Assembly (NCBI RefSeq): GCF_964355755.1
Contig: NC_092672.1
Coordinates: 17,807,237-17,871,236 of the forward strand
DNA: 64,000 nt
DNA from: Antedon mediterranea
Lineage: Eukaryota > Animalia > Echinodermata
Direction of reading: 5' to 3'
Below, piece by piece: positions 13,708-28,409 of the stretch (its first letter is position 1; each line of letters starts with the position of its first letter). The notes under the pieces were generated by a model. The model worked only from the letters and a program-made list of their open reading frames with translations, was not told the origin of the DNA and ran no database searches. The position numbers and the translations under genes were made by a program.

Positions 13708-13820
13708 ATTAATGAGTTAATTAGTAGTCTGCATCCTTTATTGTGTATGGTGAAATCAAGATGCATACCAAGTGGTGAATCAGCTGTTTACATTACTACC
13801 AAGTTTCATCTTTATCTCAA
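13708..13820 (+). CDS. UTP3: UTP3/SAS10 coding exon
   Basis: ttctag|ATT...AA|gtatgt, 113 nt, phase 0-2; INELISSLHPLLCMVKSRCIPSGESAVYITTKFHLYL(N), Sas10/Utp3/C1D domain. Confidence 0.88.
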
Positions 13821-14058
13821 GTATGTTTACTTATTACTGTGTGTAATACAGACATTTAAATGATTCAACAAAACAATTTCTTTATCAGGGGGAAAATAAA
13901 ACTACATACACATAAAATACAGGAAAAATATTGAGCTATCTATTATAAATGTCCAAAGTCATGAAGTGCTGTACATTTTTTATAAACTTCACTATTATAT
14001 TTCAATTCATGGAAAAAAATAAAATAGAAACTTTATACTGTATTTTTTTTTTCATCAG

Positions 14059-14155
14059 CTACTGTATGAATGTTAGCCTTTACTTGGCATTGAAGGCAAA
14101 GCAAGTTTCCATACGCAACCATCCAATTCTCACAAGGATTCTCGCATATAAGAAT
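14059..14155 (+). CDS. UTP3: UTP3/SAS10 coding exon
   Basis: catcag|C...AAT|gtatgt, 97 nt, phase 2-0; NYCMNVSLYLALKAKQVSIRNHPILTRILAYKN (conserved NYC.N...YL.LKA....HP motif). Confidence 0.92.
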
Positions 14156-14764
14156 GTATGTATTTTTTTATTGTAGACGCTCACGCTGGCCATTCATGCT
14201 TTCGCAAATATCACTTGATGAAAAAAAATTGATATCATTCGCAAAACTGGCGACAATTATTTTTCCCGAAAGACTCAAACATTTGTCTGCCTACTACCCA
14301 GGCTCTGATACCTGGCTGCGAATGAAGTTTTCCGTCAACCACAACAACATCGCTGCCGTCACCAGCTGGTTATAGATATATTGTGTTACTTGCCTATCAA
14401 TGATATTCCAGTAAAATATCACCTTCACCATTGCATAGCATTGGTTGTCAACGAGATTCTCACCTCTAGGTTCTATATATTATGTAAAGATCATTTATTG
14501 ATGTTGCATTCCATAAAAGTGTGATAGTGCCCTCTATAAGGCGTCATGTTCAAATGTTTCCAAACGTACAAACCGCGTCAAACGGTCACCGTTGATAGCT
14601 TGATCGTTTAACACGTGCAACGATCGTAAAAGAGCTAATTAAATTATGCATTTAGTATTGTACTGCCCACTGTAATTGTTTAGCCGTTAGACGCGCGTTA
14701 GCGCTAAACGTCGTTTGTTTTAAAATGTCTATGTGTCATCGCCTTTAGAAGCATGGACAATACA

Positions 14765-17140
14765 CACAAACAATGTATTGTTCGCTAATTAAAATCCTAT
14801 TTAAAGCTGGAAGACGTCAATTTTTGTAGCTGCCCTACGCATCAGTTATCCTAATTTGGCCGGAAACATCAGCCGACGAGACGACATAGGGCCCGTGGAC
14901 CTCAGCTCACACAGAGAGAGTTCAGGCTAGCCTAGTTTCGGCGGCCTACACTATAAATTATTTAATCCTACCTTGGGTTAGCGAATTATAAAAACAATGA
15001 CACCTAGGACACCAACAAAATATATGCAAAATAAATATATATTCCATGTTAAGATTTACCAGTCATAGGCCTTTAAAATGATTAATATATTGGGTAAAGA
15101 AAAAGGCCCGACCAGAATTTGGAGTGGGAAAAACATGCGAGTGGATCGGAGTCTGGGAACAGTTTAGATATAAATAGAGGAAATCCAGGTACACGATCTT
15201 AATTACTGTTTTATTGTCGTCAGCAGAGCATCCACCACCCTCTAATGGACGGACGGCCGTACTGAGTTAAAAATATCATGTTAGTGGTTGAGGTAAAACA
15301 TCGAGTAGTATCGCGTTTCATCCAAAAAACCCAGGTCTGTATTAATTACGGTCTTCTGTCGGCAATCTTTTTGAGCAACTTGAGCGTTTTGATACTATAT
15401 TTAGAATGAATGTTTTACCTTTTTTTTGTGGGCATCGTTTCTGGATCGACGGATGTTCGATATATACGAAGATCGCATCCACAATGGATTAACGCGATAT
15501 TTTTTTACAGTATACAGTTATTTACTTGTACTTTTCAAATTTGCGAAAGTTTTATGTCACAAAAGTGTCTGGTTTTACAGTACAGGGCTGCAAATTAAGG
15601 GGTATTTGGTCGCATTTGCGACCTAATTTTTCTGTTTGCGACTAAAGAGACAGAATAGGTCGCGCTACAAGATCGTCTGCTTGTGCGAGTTGTTTCAAAT
15701 TGAAGTCAGGTGTGTTTTCCCTATTTCAAACACTATGTTGTAATTTAATCTCTCTACTACGGAAGGCTCAGGAGTTTCCACTAGTCACCACCACCGCAAA
15801 GGAGTCAGGTTCATTCAAGCGTACAAAGCCCCTAAACATTTTTACACTGGTTGTGATTGGAAGTTCGTCCATTTATTATTCGCCCAATCACACAAACGGA
15901 CACCAGACACACAGCACAGCGTGACACGCGGACGACACAAACCTCGTGGAAAATCACCTCCGTTTTAAAGAAGGAATATAAAAACAATTGTACCGCCGTA
16001 CACAGAAGTTAGCCAGGGCGCGGGCGCGGCAGATACAAAGAATTGTCGCCCCGCAGCCATCAGCATTTTTTAGGCAGTATGGTTATATCATGATTACTAA
16101 ATAATGTAATTAATGATAAATATAATAATATCTATTCATTATATAGATTAAACAGCAGTATTGTTTATCAGTAGATTTAATACTTTATTCCAGATTCTGA
16201 TTATCGAAAATTATATATCAGAGAAAATACCGCAACTTTTCCTTCGAAGTAGCTTCGTAGATAAAACAGGCTACGTTGTTGGCTTTGTAGGTTACATTGT
16301 TTGGTTTCATTAGTAACCTCAATAAACAACCCCACGATGTTCTTAGTGAAGTAACCAGGTGTGAAAATTGTGTTAATTTTGACTGGCGGAGGAGGATCAA
16401 TTTGTACATTACTAAGAAATATATAATATATTATTTTTTAATTGTAAATGTTTTATTCGTGTGTGTTTACTCTCAACGGCGAATATAAATTTCCCACAAT
16501 GTAAACGTAGAGACACGATCCAACACAATAAACTATGCCAACTAATACAAATAATATAGCGAACGTCCAGTCGATCCAGAAACGATGCAAACAAAAAGAT
16601 CGTAAACAATTCATTCTAAATATAGTATCAGAACGTTCAATCGGTCGCTCAAAAAGATTGCCGACAGAAGACCGTAATTAATACAGACCTAGTTTTTTGG
16701 TCACATGTCATGAAACGCGATACTCTGTTTTACCACCGCAAACCTCTCGCATGTTTTTTTACTCGGTACGAGGGGTGTCTACAAACAGTGTACCTGAATT
16801 TTGCGTCACATGAAACGTCGTACAGCTCTAAACTGTTCGCACGTTTTTCGGGCCTTTTGTCGTAATAATAATTTACAAAGGCCTATGTTAAATCGTAACA
16901 TGGAATATATATTTATTTTGCATATGTCCTAGCCAAGGTGTCGTCGTTTTTATAATTCGCTAAACCAAGGTAGGATTGAATCATGTAGGCCGCCAAAACT
17001 CTCTCTGCGTAAGCTGAGGGCCTCGGGCCCGATGTCGTTTCGTTCGCGGATGTCCTGCCAAATTAGGACAACCGATGTGTAGGGCGGCTACAAAAATTAA
17101 CGTCTTCTATGATTTTAATTAGCCAACAATACATGTTTGT
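14765..17140. repeat. diverged inverted repeat pair (about 14765-15465 and about 16552-17140)
   Basis: for example aggtctgtattaattacggtcttctgtcggcaatctttttgagc and its reverse complement at about 16647-16690. Confidence 0.85.
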
Positions 17141-17720
17141 TTCCATTGTTCAAATTACTAACCATACGAACCACCCTACGATCGACGCGTAGATAATTAT
17201 CATAAACAATACATCGTAGGCAACGAACAATACTTTGTAAATTGCAGGATACGTTCAGAGAACAATGACCTACGATCTATTTACGCGTAGGCTACGAAAG
17301 GTTACGCGTATATACAAAGCAGTAATTTCTTTCTGTACTGTAAAAAGAATAGATCTTGCGTGAATATAAGTGGCGCATCAGGACCAGTGCCTAAAATGTG
17401 CATAACCCAAATTAATTGAATTCTTCTGGGCGGAATTTTGATGTGCTCAGAAATTGATTGAAACAACCTATAATTACTTAAAAATCTCCCCCCAAGCGGG
17501 GCCATTTGCGGCCCCCTGACCCCCAGCCTAAGGTTGTATTTCATTTTTATACACCCCCCTCCCCACTAAACTAAAAACGGATCTGCGCGGATGGGGGAAG
17601 GGGGTTAGTTGTCGATGAACAGGTGCTACTAAAAAAATTGGTGGTGCTACCAAAAAATGTTAGGAGCCATCATACAAATTTGATAGTGCTACCAAGTGAA
17701 AAAGTTAATTTGCAGCCCTG
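15583..17720. mobile_element. non-autonomous hAT-like element with 5-bp TSD
   Basis: perfect 16-bp TIR CAGGGCTGCAAATTAA; subterminal tgcgac/tgctac motifs; CAGTA on both flanks. Confidence 0.75.
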
Positions 17721-19003
17721 CAGTATTATATTATGCTAGTAAATTCTAGTTAACAAATTAAAAAATACAGCGACGACAAAGCTCAAAGGCCTTCACAAAA
17801 TAAATACAAAATCAATATATTCCTTGTTTATTAAATAAGTATAATAATTATTATTATTAATACAACTAGGCCCTTGTGCAACGGAAAAATAGCCAATGAC
17901 TTATTATATTTATTTTCAAGAATATTTTACGAGGGTGGTCCATCCAGCCGAAGCTGATCATTAGGGACCCTCACAAAATTACAATATGACGAGAAATATA
18001 TAACAATAAAAATTAAATTAAAATAAATCAAATTTATAAAGATAAACAAAATAAAATAAAGCACAAAAATAGAATCAAACATTAAATGAATTAAATTAAT
18101 GATCAGTCATCTTTTCAACGATCTAAATAAGATTACCGACCGGCAGAATTTGAAGTAAAAACATGTGAGCGCTGTGAACAAGAGGAGAAAGAGGATATCG
18201 CGTGACCAACATCTAGGTACTTGTTTGTACTGTAGACGTTCGCTAATGCAGTTAGAAGTGAGATGTGAATAGTTCACCGGTGGCGTGGCACATCGTGTTG
18301 CTATTGTCTCAGGTGCTTGTTCATCGTATGAACTTCCTAATGATATTTTTAGTTGGCTATGTAAAAGAAAGCGACTAAAAAACATTCCAGGCCCCTGTTT
18401 ATTATTAATATTAAATTATTTATTGAGGTTACGAACTTATAAACATTTTAGAATGATGTTTGAGATCGGCACCCCCGGAATACAATTCAGCTACAAACTC
18501 TCTTAATTAAAAGGCAAACGAATTGTTTAGGCCTAGCCTGTTTGTGATGACTCATTGTTAAACGACGTTCACGAAGCGATTCGCAACGACGTTAAACAAT
18601 TCGTAAAAATCAGTCAAGCATGTTAGTCGGCGGGACTATTACAAGCTATGCATATTGTCCATTTTCCAAACGGTCTGACGATTTTAGAATTTTCACGCTA
18701 ACGCTAAAACAAAAGAAAACGTGATTAACGCGCTTTGTCAGTTTGAAAACATTTGGACATGACGCCTATTAGTATTGATGCACTCAAACTTCACACCGCA
18801 AGCTGTTGTTATTCATCCATTCAAAAATAAAATTTAGGGGAGGAATCGAATGTGTTGTACAACAGAGGGCATTATTACTTGTTTACTCTACTCTATATTT
18901 ATGATGTTTTTCCCAAAAATAATAATTATTATTATGTACATTTTGCGAATTGTAGGTGTTAAGAGGATGGTGGGGAGTACGACTTGGGCTAGGGGTAGTA
19001 GGC

Positions 19004-19862
19004 TATCAAATTGGCCAGAATTGTTAAATTATTTTAATTATCTCTGGAAAGGGGGGCTGGGAGTTTGTTCCTTTCAACATGACTGAAACTGTACTGGGAA
19101 TGTACAGTAGTTTGTAATGTACAAACTACATTTGTTGGGAGTAATGGCTTAACACGCATCTAAAACAAATCACCCAAGTGTTGGGAGGGGAAGGGTGGAA
19201 ATACTGGAATTTGGATGTAATAGAAGTACAGCATAATTGGAATTGCACTGGGAAAAGTAACTACATATGAACTGAGGGTCGGGAGGAGTAAAGGTTTGTT
19301 GATTGTGGTAGCATGAGGAGAGGAGAAAGAATATAGGCCGGGGAAGCGGTAATTCAACGGTATCCAAATTAGATATTTTATTAATTAGGCAATATGACAC
19401 CGATTCATTTACATAGTTTGCAAAGTACTTAAACCATGCCTATTAGCCATGTATCGCCCTCTTATTAAGACGCTAAAGTTGTTGAACTAAAATTTGGGGT
19501 ATCAAATTGACCAGAATTGTGGTAGGAAATTGTAAAAGTATTTTAATTATCCATGGGAGGGAAGGGGCTGGGAGTTTGGGGTTGGGATGTAGGCCTATCA
19601 TCATGACCGAAACTGTACTGGGAAACTATATTTGAAAACTGCCACGAGGGCCGGATTATGGGTTGGGAGTGATGGCGAACATTATACTGGAAACGTCTTA
19701 AACACATCTGAACACACGTGTGTTGTTGGGAAGGAGGTGGAGGAGCGGAAATACTGGTGTAATAAAGTATAACATAATTGAAATTGTACTAGAAAGAAGA
19801 AAGAAGGCTGGAGGACCGCAGTACCAAAATTAGATATTTTAATTATCTGCCAATATGACACC
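19004..19862. repeat. diverged direct duplication (about 19004-19400 and about 19500-19862)
   Basis: shared tatcaaattg.ccagaattgt, gaaactgtactgggaa and aattagatatttt...caatatgacacc blocks. Confidence 0.75.
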
Positions 19863-22154
19863 TGTTTGTAGTACATGTACGCGCATCAAGCAGGGTACAT
19901 AATGTTCTGCTGCTCCGTTGCTTGCGGCGTGATAAGGTGCAACCTTTACATGTTTCACCCCGTTCTGCTTTAAGGAGAATTCAAATTCGTCGCTAACAAA
20001 TTGAGGTCCAATATCGCTTACAAGTTGAACAGGCAATTCTACTGAACAACTCTCTCATCACTTTGATGGTCGCTGCACTCATACTGTTCATCTAAATGAC
20101 TTCTGGCCATTTCGAATATGAGTCATCAACCACTACTATATAATCTCGCTTATCTTTCTGCGCATAGTCAATATGTATTCGTGTCCAAGGCTGATTTGGC
20201 CAGATCCAGGGCATCATTGGTGCTATGCTTGATCGACTTTGTGTTTGGTGACATGCTTGACATTGCTTCACCATTCGTTCAATGTCGGAATCTATCTGGG
20301 GCCACCAGACATGACTTCGCAATCTCTTTCATACGCACGATTCCGGGGTGGGCACAATAAAGCTCCTCCAGTTCTGTTCTACACTAATTCGTCTTTCCGG
20401 TGTAGGAATGGTTTTCTGACTGCTATAAACCTGTCTGTACCATGTATAACACTTTGCTCAATAGCAGGTCTCTCCTGGTATGCTGTTGTACGTCCGTACT
20501 CGTGACTGGCAAGTTGTCTAATGTATGCCCCGCTATGTTGTATATTGCATCATCTTCACTTCCTTCATCTGGTATTGGGAGACGTGAGAGTGCGTCGGCA
20601 ATTACGTTCTGTTTTCCAGTAATGAACCTTAAATTGTATTCAAACGCTAACAGTACGATTGCCCATCCCTGTAATCTCTATGCGGCCAGTGTCGGAATTG
20701 CTGATTTAGGTCTTAGAATGCGTTCAAGCGGCTTATGATCAGTTCTTATCGTGAATTTCCGTCCGTATAGGTATGTTCTAAACCTTTGAAGTCCAAACAT
20801 GATGCTTAGGGCTTCCTTGTCTAGTTGTGCATAACCCTTTTCGTGTTTATGCAGGCTTCGCGATGCGTACGCGATCGGTGTTTTGATATTGTTCTCGTTT
20901 ACGTGGCAAATGACTGCGCTAACTCCGTATGGTGATGCGTCTGTGTATAGTTCCAGTGGTTTTAATGGGTCATAATGCGTCAACATTATGTCTTCGCTAA
21001 TAATTCGCTTTACCGCATTAAACGCTTTACTACAGTCGTCAGTCCATGACCATGGTTTGCTTCCCAACAGCTCATTCAGGATGTATCATCGTTGATAATT
21101 GTGGAATAAATGATGCGTGATAGTTAACTAGTCCTAACCAGGATCTTAGTTCTGTTGCATTCTGTGGTGCTCGTGCATACTTGATGGCTTTCACTTTATC
21201 GTTTGTTGGTTAAATTCCTGCTGCTGATAGCTTACGTCCCATGGTAGACTACTTCCTTTTGTACAAACGCGCATTTCTCAACTTTCACTCTGAGACCATA
21301 CTTGTTAAATCTCTCAAATAGTTTCTCAAGATTACTAATATGCTCTTCGTCAGACGCACAAGAACATCCTCCATGATCGCACATGTTCTTTTAAGTCCTG
21401 CTATCACCTGTTTTATGAATCGCTGCCATGGCTGGACCGAACGGTGCATGTTGATTGTTACCAACTCTTGTGCCTCGTCTTTCAGTACTAACTGCTGGCA
21501 CGCACATTTCAAATCAATCTTAGAGAATCGCTTTCCACCACCCAACTTGGTAAAAACTTCCTCTAGTGTCTGAATTGGATACTGGTCGCAATTTAAACTC
21601 GGGTTAACTGTTACTTTATAATCTCCGCAGACACGTACCCTGCCATCGGCCTTTGAGATACATACCAATGGGGTTGCCCACTGACTAAAGTCTACCGGAT
21701 AAATAACTCCTTCGTTTTGCATTCTGTCTAACTCTAACTGCGGCGCGGCGCCAATGGAATGTTTCGAGCTTTGCAGAATTTTGGGATTGCGTTCACTTTT
21801 AGATGTAATTTCGCTTTGTGTCCTTGAACCGTACCTAATTCCGTTCGGAAAACTTCTTTGAACTTCCGTTTGAATGACTGACCGACATCATTATCTATTT
21901 CTACCGAATTCTAAGCAAGTAACGATGGAAATAATGACTTCAGTCCAACTTAATCACTTCTAACCAGGTTCTTCCAAGCAAGGGTGTTGAGTTTTGTCGC
22001 TGCATTCTCACTACTATCAGTGGGAGAACGTTACTCTGGCCCATATAGTTCACGGCGACTTTAATTTCTCCTGCTATGTCAAGCTTAGTACCTGTTTATG
22101 CATGAAGTGTGACTATCAACAATTGAATCTTGCAAGACTGTAGATTTCTCTGTC
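19863..22154 (-). mobile_element. Ty3/Gypsy LTR retrotransposon pol relic (PR-RT-RH-IN order)
   Basis: PLLGRTWL; SQWATPLV..K.DGRVRVCGDYK, FSKIDL; YTDASPYG, YAQLDKEAL, TDHKPL; VWWP.ID, PW.RIHIDY, VSD.GPQF; many stops and frameshifts, no LTR recognised. Confidence 0.92.
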
Positions 22155-22158
22155 TTAA

Positions 22159-23748
22159 AGGGGGATTCTGGGTTTAAAATTGCTTTTAAATATCGTTTAT
22201 TTATTAAATAAAAAATATTATAACAATATAGACATGTCAGAATGAAGAAGTAATAACGAGCAATTAAAAAAATTAAACTTCATACATTTTAGGGTAAATT
22301 CATGGAAAGTCTGTTTTTCAGCAGCTTAGGGAAGCTCATTAATATTCATGAGGTATTCACAAAATCACGTCATCAGTGGATTCCAAAATCGCGACGTCAT
22401 GTACGTTGTGTTTGTCAACTAATTTTCATCTATCTCCCCTGTCAAACGACGACCACCCGATCATTGTGAAATACATTTTTTGTAGATTTTCTAAGCTAGG
22501 CCTAAAGTGTAATAATAACAATAGTAGCATATTTATTTGACATTTAATGAAATACAAAATTTAGTACAGATTACGGATCGGTCATAAATTATATACTATT
22601 TTTATACCTTGAATAGTACAGATTGTATTATCGGCTTCACGTACAAGGCTAGGCCTAGCCTAAATCATTTTTTTAAATGGGTGAGAGCCATTCTGATGAG
22701 ATTCCATGCCACGATGGCTACGTTAAAACATTGGGGCCCATCATGGGCCTAGCCAGCCTACTACTAAACGATTGGCCCATAAATAACAAAACTCAGTGGA
22801 TTCCAAACCCATCCTATCAACCAAACCTCCTAAACAATCTAAACCTAAAAACATTCTACAAAATCGGTTGTAAATATTGAGGCAAAACAAGGTCAGATCG
22901 CCATTCGTACGTAGGGTGTCCCGATCGTCTAAGTAAGCCTAGGCCTAGTTTACTCTCCAAAAAAGCGGATACTGCATCAAGCAAGTAGACCAGGTATTAG
23001 GAAGGAGACCTAGCCGATCCGGCCCAGTAAAGTTAAAAATTGAGCTAGCTAGTGTAGTAGACCCTATGCGAATTGATACTACCAGGCCTTTTACTATAGG
23101 CTACACTTGTTAAAATTAGCAATACTTATGTTTACAAATATTCCAACTCTCTCTCTCATTCGAGCTATATTATTTATACCATTCCGGTAGGTCGAGTCGA
23201 CCTTTAACCAAATACTGTACATCGTTCATGTTGTGATTATAGACGGGGTATACTCGATCCGATCAGTTTGGTAATGTATACTGTGTCTGCTTATCACGTG
23301 ACGATGCCAAGCATGGGCAGAGAGAGCATGTGTATCGTCGTCTCGCTCTCCTCGCTCAGCAGGAATGTATACGTTACGCTTCATTGATTTTGAAGGCTTT
23401 CCCTAAGTCAGTGCGAAAATCGGCAAACGTAAAGTGCAAACATATCTAATTTTTCACTGTTTTGATGAATTTTCATAGAAAATTGACTTTATAAATGGGA
23501 AGACCGACTAAAATTACATCAGATAAGTATAATTTTACAAAAGTAATTGATATGGTTAATGATAACGAGTCATCGGAAGATTAACCATTTCACAAATTTC
23601 CTATTCTGTAACACAGTGTCATATCGCCGTAGCTTTCACAGCCTTCGTTCTGCTTCACTGGGCGCTTATATAAATTCAAACTTTTACCGTTCAAGAGACA
23701 AATATATTTTACATTTTTTACTATTCATTTTAAACCCGGAACCCCCCT
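22159..23748. mobile_element. Kolobok-like non-autonomous DNA transposon
   Basis: TTAA TSD (22155-58, 23749-52); TIR of about 22 bp, AGGGGGATTCTGGGTTTAAAAT / ATTTTAAACCCGGAACCCCCCT. Confidence 0.75.
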
Positions 23749-25304
23749 TTAACTCTTACTGATCGATGTTAGGATATATGCATATTTTTGTCCTCGAGAT
23801 CAGAGACTATAGCCTCTGCATTGCCTAATTTGTCACATAGTTTGTCCATCTTGTGTAGCATGGTGTTGGTGTTTTCTATTAGTGAATGAATTTCCTGGCC
23901 TTTAAAAACTTCTATAACAACGTCTCTAATCACAGTATTTAATTCCGTTGATTGTAGTATTTTGGCCTTTGTTACATCAACCACCTGTTTATTTTGCCGA
24001 GTCAGACTACCCGACATGGTTGAGATTCCGTCTGCCGTTGAGTTCAAAGACGACAGGGCCATTGATCCGTTCCCACAGTAAACAGTAAAACAATTTGATT
24101 GTACTCACATAGGAAGCCAAGTACTAATAAATTAAAGTATCCATATAATAAAGACGAACAAGTTATCCGACTGACGACTATTATGTTAAGAACTTATCCC
24201 ATTTGAGTGGAGTACCGAAAGCAATTTCCAAACGATATTACTCCAGTGACAGTCAGTTCGTATATGACTCCAGTGTTAGTTCAGTTCTTAGATGTTTCGA
24301 GATATAAAAAGCAATCTTCCAATGCCGACATTGACTGCAATTTTGTAGTCATATCGCCAAGTCAAGGATTTAATTTAAGGAGTGAGATTGGGATCAATAG
24401 GTTTTTGATCTCCTTCTTGACTGTCAAGCTACTAAATGTTTTTAGTTTCATTTTCTTTGGTATGGAAATGGTACTCACGCATGTCAATGATTCACCAGAA
24501 ATGAAGACAGCAAAATGATCCTTTTTCCGGTACGGTAATAAATGTTAAGCAGTATAATCAATTACAACAAATATTAATATCATTTATCCCTTGTGCATTG
24601 ACCGTGCGTCATCCCTAAAAAAACGGTGACAAGTGTAAAGTATGGAGACAAACATCTCCAACATGGGATGATCATCGTTATTTATAAATATCTCATCAAA
24701 AAAGCTGGGCCATGAAAGTTGAATGATTCATACAAAGAGACAAGTGCGTACCACCTTTGTTTAGATTGCTGGCGTGCATAAATTGTTTATAGCCCTCAAT
24801 CATAAATGCCAATGCTGGGTACCAAGACAATATTTTATGTGCGGGTATGAAGTATAGCGTATGTACTGTAGTTTACATAGCTACCAATACTTATTCATTT
24901 GGACTTTAAATTCAAGTTAGAAACATTGTATTTGTTTGTTGATGACATCATCATCACATTAACCTATTTGTAAAATTGATGATTCGTAAAACTTGTAAAA
25001 TACATGTTTTATTGTATGTTTTTAGTGGGTACAGTACTTGAATTTTCTGAGAAAAAAAATCATAACTAAGAAATTCTTCAACCTTAAAAAATAAAAAATG
25101 TTATTCTAATGAACTGAATATTTGGGTTATTTGTCCTTGAAATTTTAAACTTTTAACATTGAAATGTCCTGGAATTTTACTAGCTTACAGGTGTACGAAC
25201 CCTGCTATTTGTAGTAGAATTCATTGACTGCTATATGTACAATTTACCAAGCATTTGTTATTCTTTTTTAACCATCGTCTACACAATTTTATTCATTTTT
25301 TAAG

Positions 25305-25505
25305 CTTATACAAGAACTAAAACCAATAGATGAGCAGTTATCAGGAGACATTGAAATGTTAGTTAAAATGGAGAATGTAAACAAGTATAATGGAAACGAT
25401 GAAGACATTCAACAAATGAAATCAAAATATCAACCAAGAAAAAGTGATAAAAAACGAGAAAACCTGACTACACATGATGCAGATACACAAGGAGTTGGCA
25501 GGAAG
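25305..25505 (+). CDS. UTP3: UTP3/SAS10 coding exon
   Basis: tttaag|CTT...AAG|gtaaca, 201 nt, phase 0-0; LIQELKPIDEQLSGDIEMLVK...GVGRK, open and in frame with neighbours. Confidence 0.85.
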
Positions 25506-27715
25506 GTAACATTTATGACAGTCATTATAGGCGGGTCCGAACCAGGAAAAAAATGCCATTTTTCTCAGTGTCGGTCTGTCGGTAAACACTAACTTGTATA
25601 TGGCCTTGTCTTGATATCAGTTTCATCTAGCTAAGTCAATTTTTTACAGTATATTCCTTATGTCCTCTTTTAACTTTTTTATATGACATCTTCTTCTCTG
25701 TTTTATGTGATTATATTCTATTTTACTGTTTGTGCGACAATGTTTTTAGACAATTTTAATGTGTGTACTTTCAGCCAATTAAGTTTCAAGTCATTTATGA
25801 GTTTGACAATAAAGTTTATTGAATTGAATTGAATTTTATGGCCAGGAATTGATGTGGTTATGTTTTTACGGTGCGCAATCAAAAATTACGCGGTCTATGC
25901 ACGATTTAACGAAATAATGTTTGTAATCGTATCTTCACAAGCATGAATCACAATTAAATAAAATTTGGTACTCATAAATTTCAGGTCATATTTCATCATA
26001 TGGCAATACAATTACGTGCGTAGCGCATATAACGCGATCTTTGTGTTTCGCGTTTTTTTACAAAATCCCATAGATAGGTTAATTATTGGTATATAGTGTA
26101 AATATGGACACTATATTCAGTCTGGACCGTCAATATTTTACTATTTGAAAGTAACTAATCGGGTTACGAACGACTGTCAAAATGGTACCTGTCGAAATAA
26201 CATTCACCGCGCATCACAGTAGCGCGTAGAGCGATGGCTTGGCGCATTGTGTATCGGTCGCGCGCTAGCTATGCCGCCAAAGCATTACATTACAAAGGTT
26301 TTTGTGGATTGGCATGTTTGTTTGTTTTCTGAATAAAATATAATGGAGTCATTTTAAATATGAAGTCTTTAATTTTATTATTGTATGTATACCCTAATTG
26401 TTTTGGTGTTTCACTGTAAGTGACCGAGTTTCACGCAAAAAACTTGTTTAGAAATGGTATGGATATTATCATCAGTTTACTACGCTAGTAGTACAGGCTA
26501 GCCTAGGCCTAGTCGTAAAATGGTTCCGGACAAACTTTGGGCCTGGTTAACTAGGCCTGGTGTCATTACTATGTGGATTTTGGCGAAACATTGATGTAAG
26601 ATTTATGATTATAAAATGTAATACATTTTTCAATAGTAATAACTTGTTTTTATAGGCCTATAGGTGCCGTGTAAGTAACTTTTTCGTTGTTTGTTGATCT
26701 CACCGGGCGATATTTTCATATTGTGATGTCTTGCACAAAATCGCGAATATCTCGACTTTAACTACGAAAAACACAAAAAAGTGGGTTATTTTATTTTAAT
26801 ATTACGATTTACATATTGCGATTTGAAAAGCGTTCTTGGTACCTAATTTCTTTATGATTATTTTAGTCTAAATTACATATCAATCAGATCACATACATAG
26901 TTTCAATCAGCTTTAATAAAAACATCGAATTGGTCATGTGAGCACGTCGAATTGGACAATTCGCGCAACTTTTAATGAAAAAGTTTAAAAATTGGTCAAA
27001 ATTAGTGAGTTGTAAATATCGGATCATGCATCAATATGGCTAACCGGACATTGTGACGTCATTGTATGGCCACTCGAATATAAATTTAGGATTTTTGTCT
27101 CTTTTTTCGTCATAGATCATCACATTTAATAGAGCTGGACATCTCCACTTACTCGTATTCTATTTCCCCCCAGATTTTGATATTGTCTAGGTCAATCAAT
27201 TGCCATTTTTACAAGTTCAAAAGCATGAATGGGTTTCATCATTCCAGTAAATTTAAAAATGTTAGAGCTCCTCAAAATGAAAAGTGATAAGTGATACTCA
27301 TTATTAAAACGTTGCTGCAATTGTAGATTCATGTACAAATTTTGCGCATCGGATGTTGTGACATCATCATATGGCCAGTTTAATTATAAAAGTCATATTT
27401 TGCGTCATAGTTCATGACATTTAAAAGAGCGCGCATCCATATTCTACGTATCCACATTTCTTCAACATGTTAATATGTTGTTTCCTTCCAAAATTTCTAT
27501 CTACGTGTTTCATTTTGATGACAACATCATGTTAAAAATTTGATTAAAAGGTGGGTCCAATTATTTTCACCTATTCTGCACTGTATGTACAGATGTATAC
27601 AGTATATAGTGTATACTGTATATATACTTGGACACAAAAAAGAGAGGGCACACTAACATTTTATTTTCTTCAGGTCACAATGGCATAATCGTTTTACTGT
27701 GCACAATATTCTAAC

Positions 27716-27778
27716 GTATGACGTGCATGTGGTGTTGTATGACGTGCATGTAGTGTTGTATGACGTGCATGTGGTGTT
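27716..27778. repeat. 21-bp tandem repeat x3
   Basis: gtatgacgtgcatgt(g/a)gtgtt. Confidence 0.9.
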
Positions 27779-28409
27779 TGCACAGCGTGAAACCTAACTC
27801 GTCCATATAGTGACGAGTTGAAATCTAGTTATCATAAAGTTAATTCAGTGCACTTGAATGTGGAATCATTGGTTGGACCTGTAAAGATAAATGTAAAACT
27901 ATTAATAAAGATTCCACAAAATGATTATAATATTAATAGTACAATTTGATTAAGAACGTATATTTTAATGAATTTTAAATGTAGTTTATTTCCTTACATA
28001 TTTAAATGAAACCATCTTACAATTCCAGTTGCTACTTTAGAAAGATAAACCATACTGATACTCCATGGTCAGTTGCCTCATTTCTATTCGCAATACTGTA
28101 ACTGTACTGGGAAAAAACAAGTTGCATATGTTTATTTTCTTGGGTGATAATTAATACTATTTTTTTCTGATTTTTATTCATACTGTACTGTGTACACTAC
28201 ATTTAACACTACCAAAACCAAGAACTAATTATAAAAGAAAAGCCTATCATATAGAGGTGCAAAAATTTGGAATGAAATTAATGATGATCTTAAAAACCAA
28301 TTCCTTATTAAAAAAACAAATTATGACAACTTTGTAAAGGTATAATGTGTATTTTAATGGAAGCAAAATATCTCTGGCAGTTTTATTTTTAATGTATTTA
28401 TTAGTTATT

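Larger units (their letters stand above)
14539..18767. mobile_element. old TIR element (Harbinger-like ends) hosting the hAT-like insertion
   Basis: AGGCGTCATGTTCAAATGTTTCCAAAC versus GTTTGAAAACATTTGGACATGACGCCT; TSD not clean. Confidence 0.45.

Noticed and set aside
23769-24530. Coiled-coil ORF (LINE ORF1-like) and a DHFAVF endonuclease-like fragment on -
   Set aside because: Similarity too weak to assign by eye; probably old LINE debris
24976-25049. C/D-box snoRNA candidate in a UTP3 intron
   Set aside because: TGATGA and CTGA are present, but there is no terminal stem or recognisable rRNA guide in this AT-rich sequence
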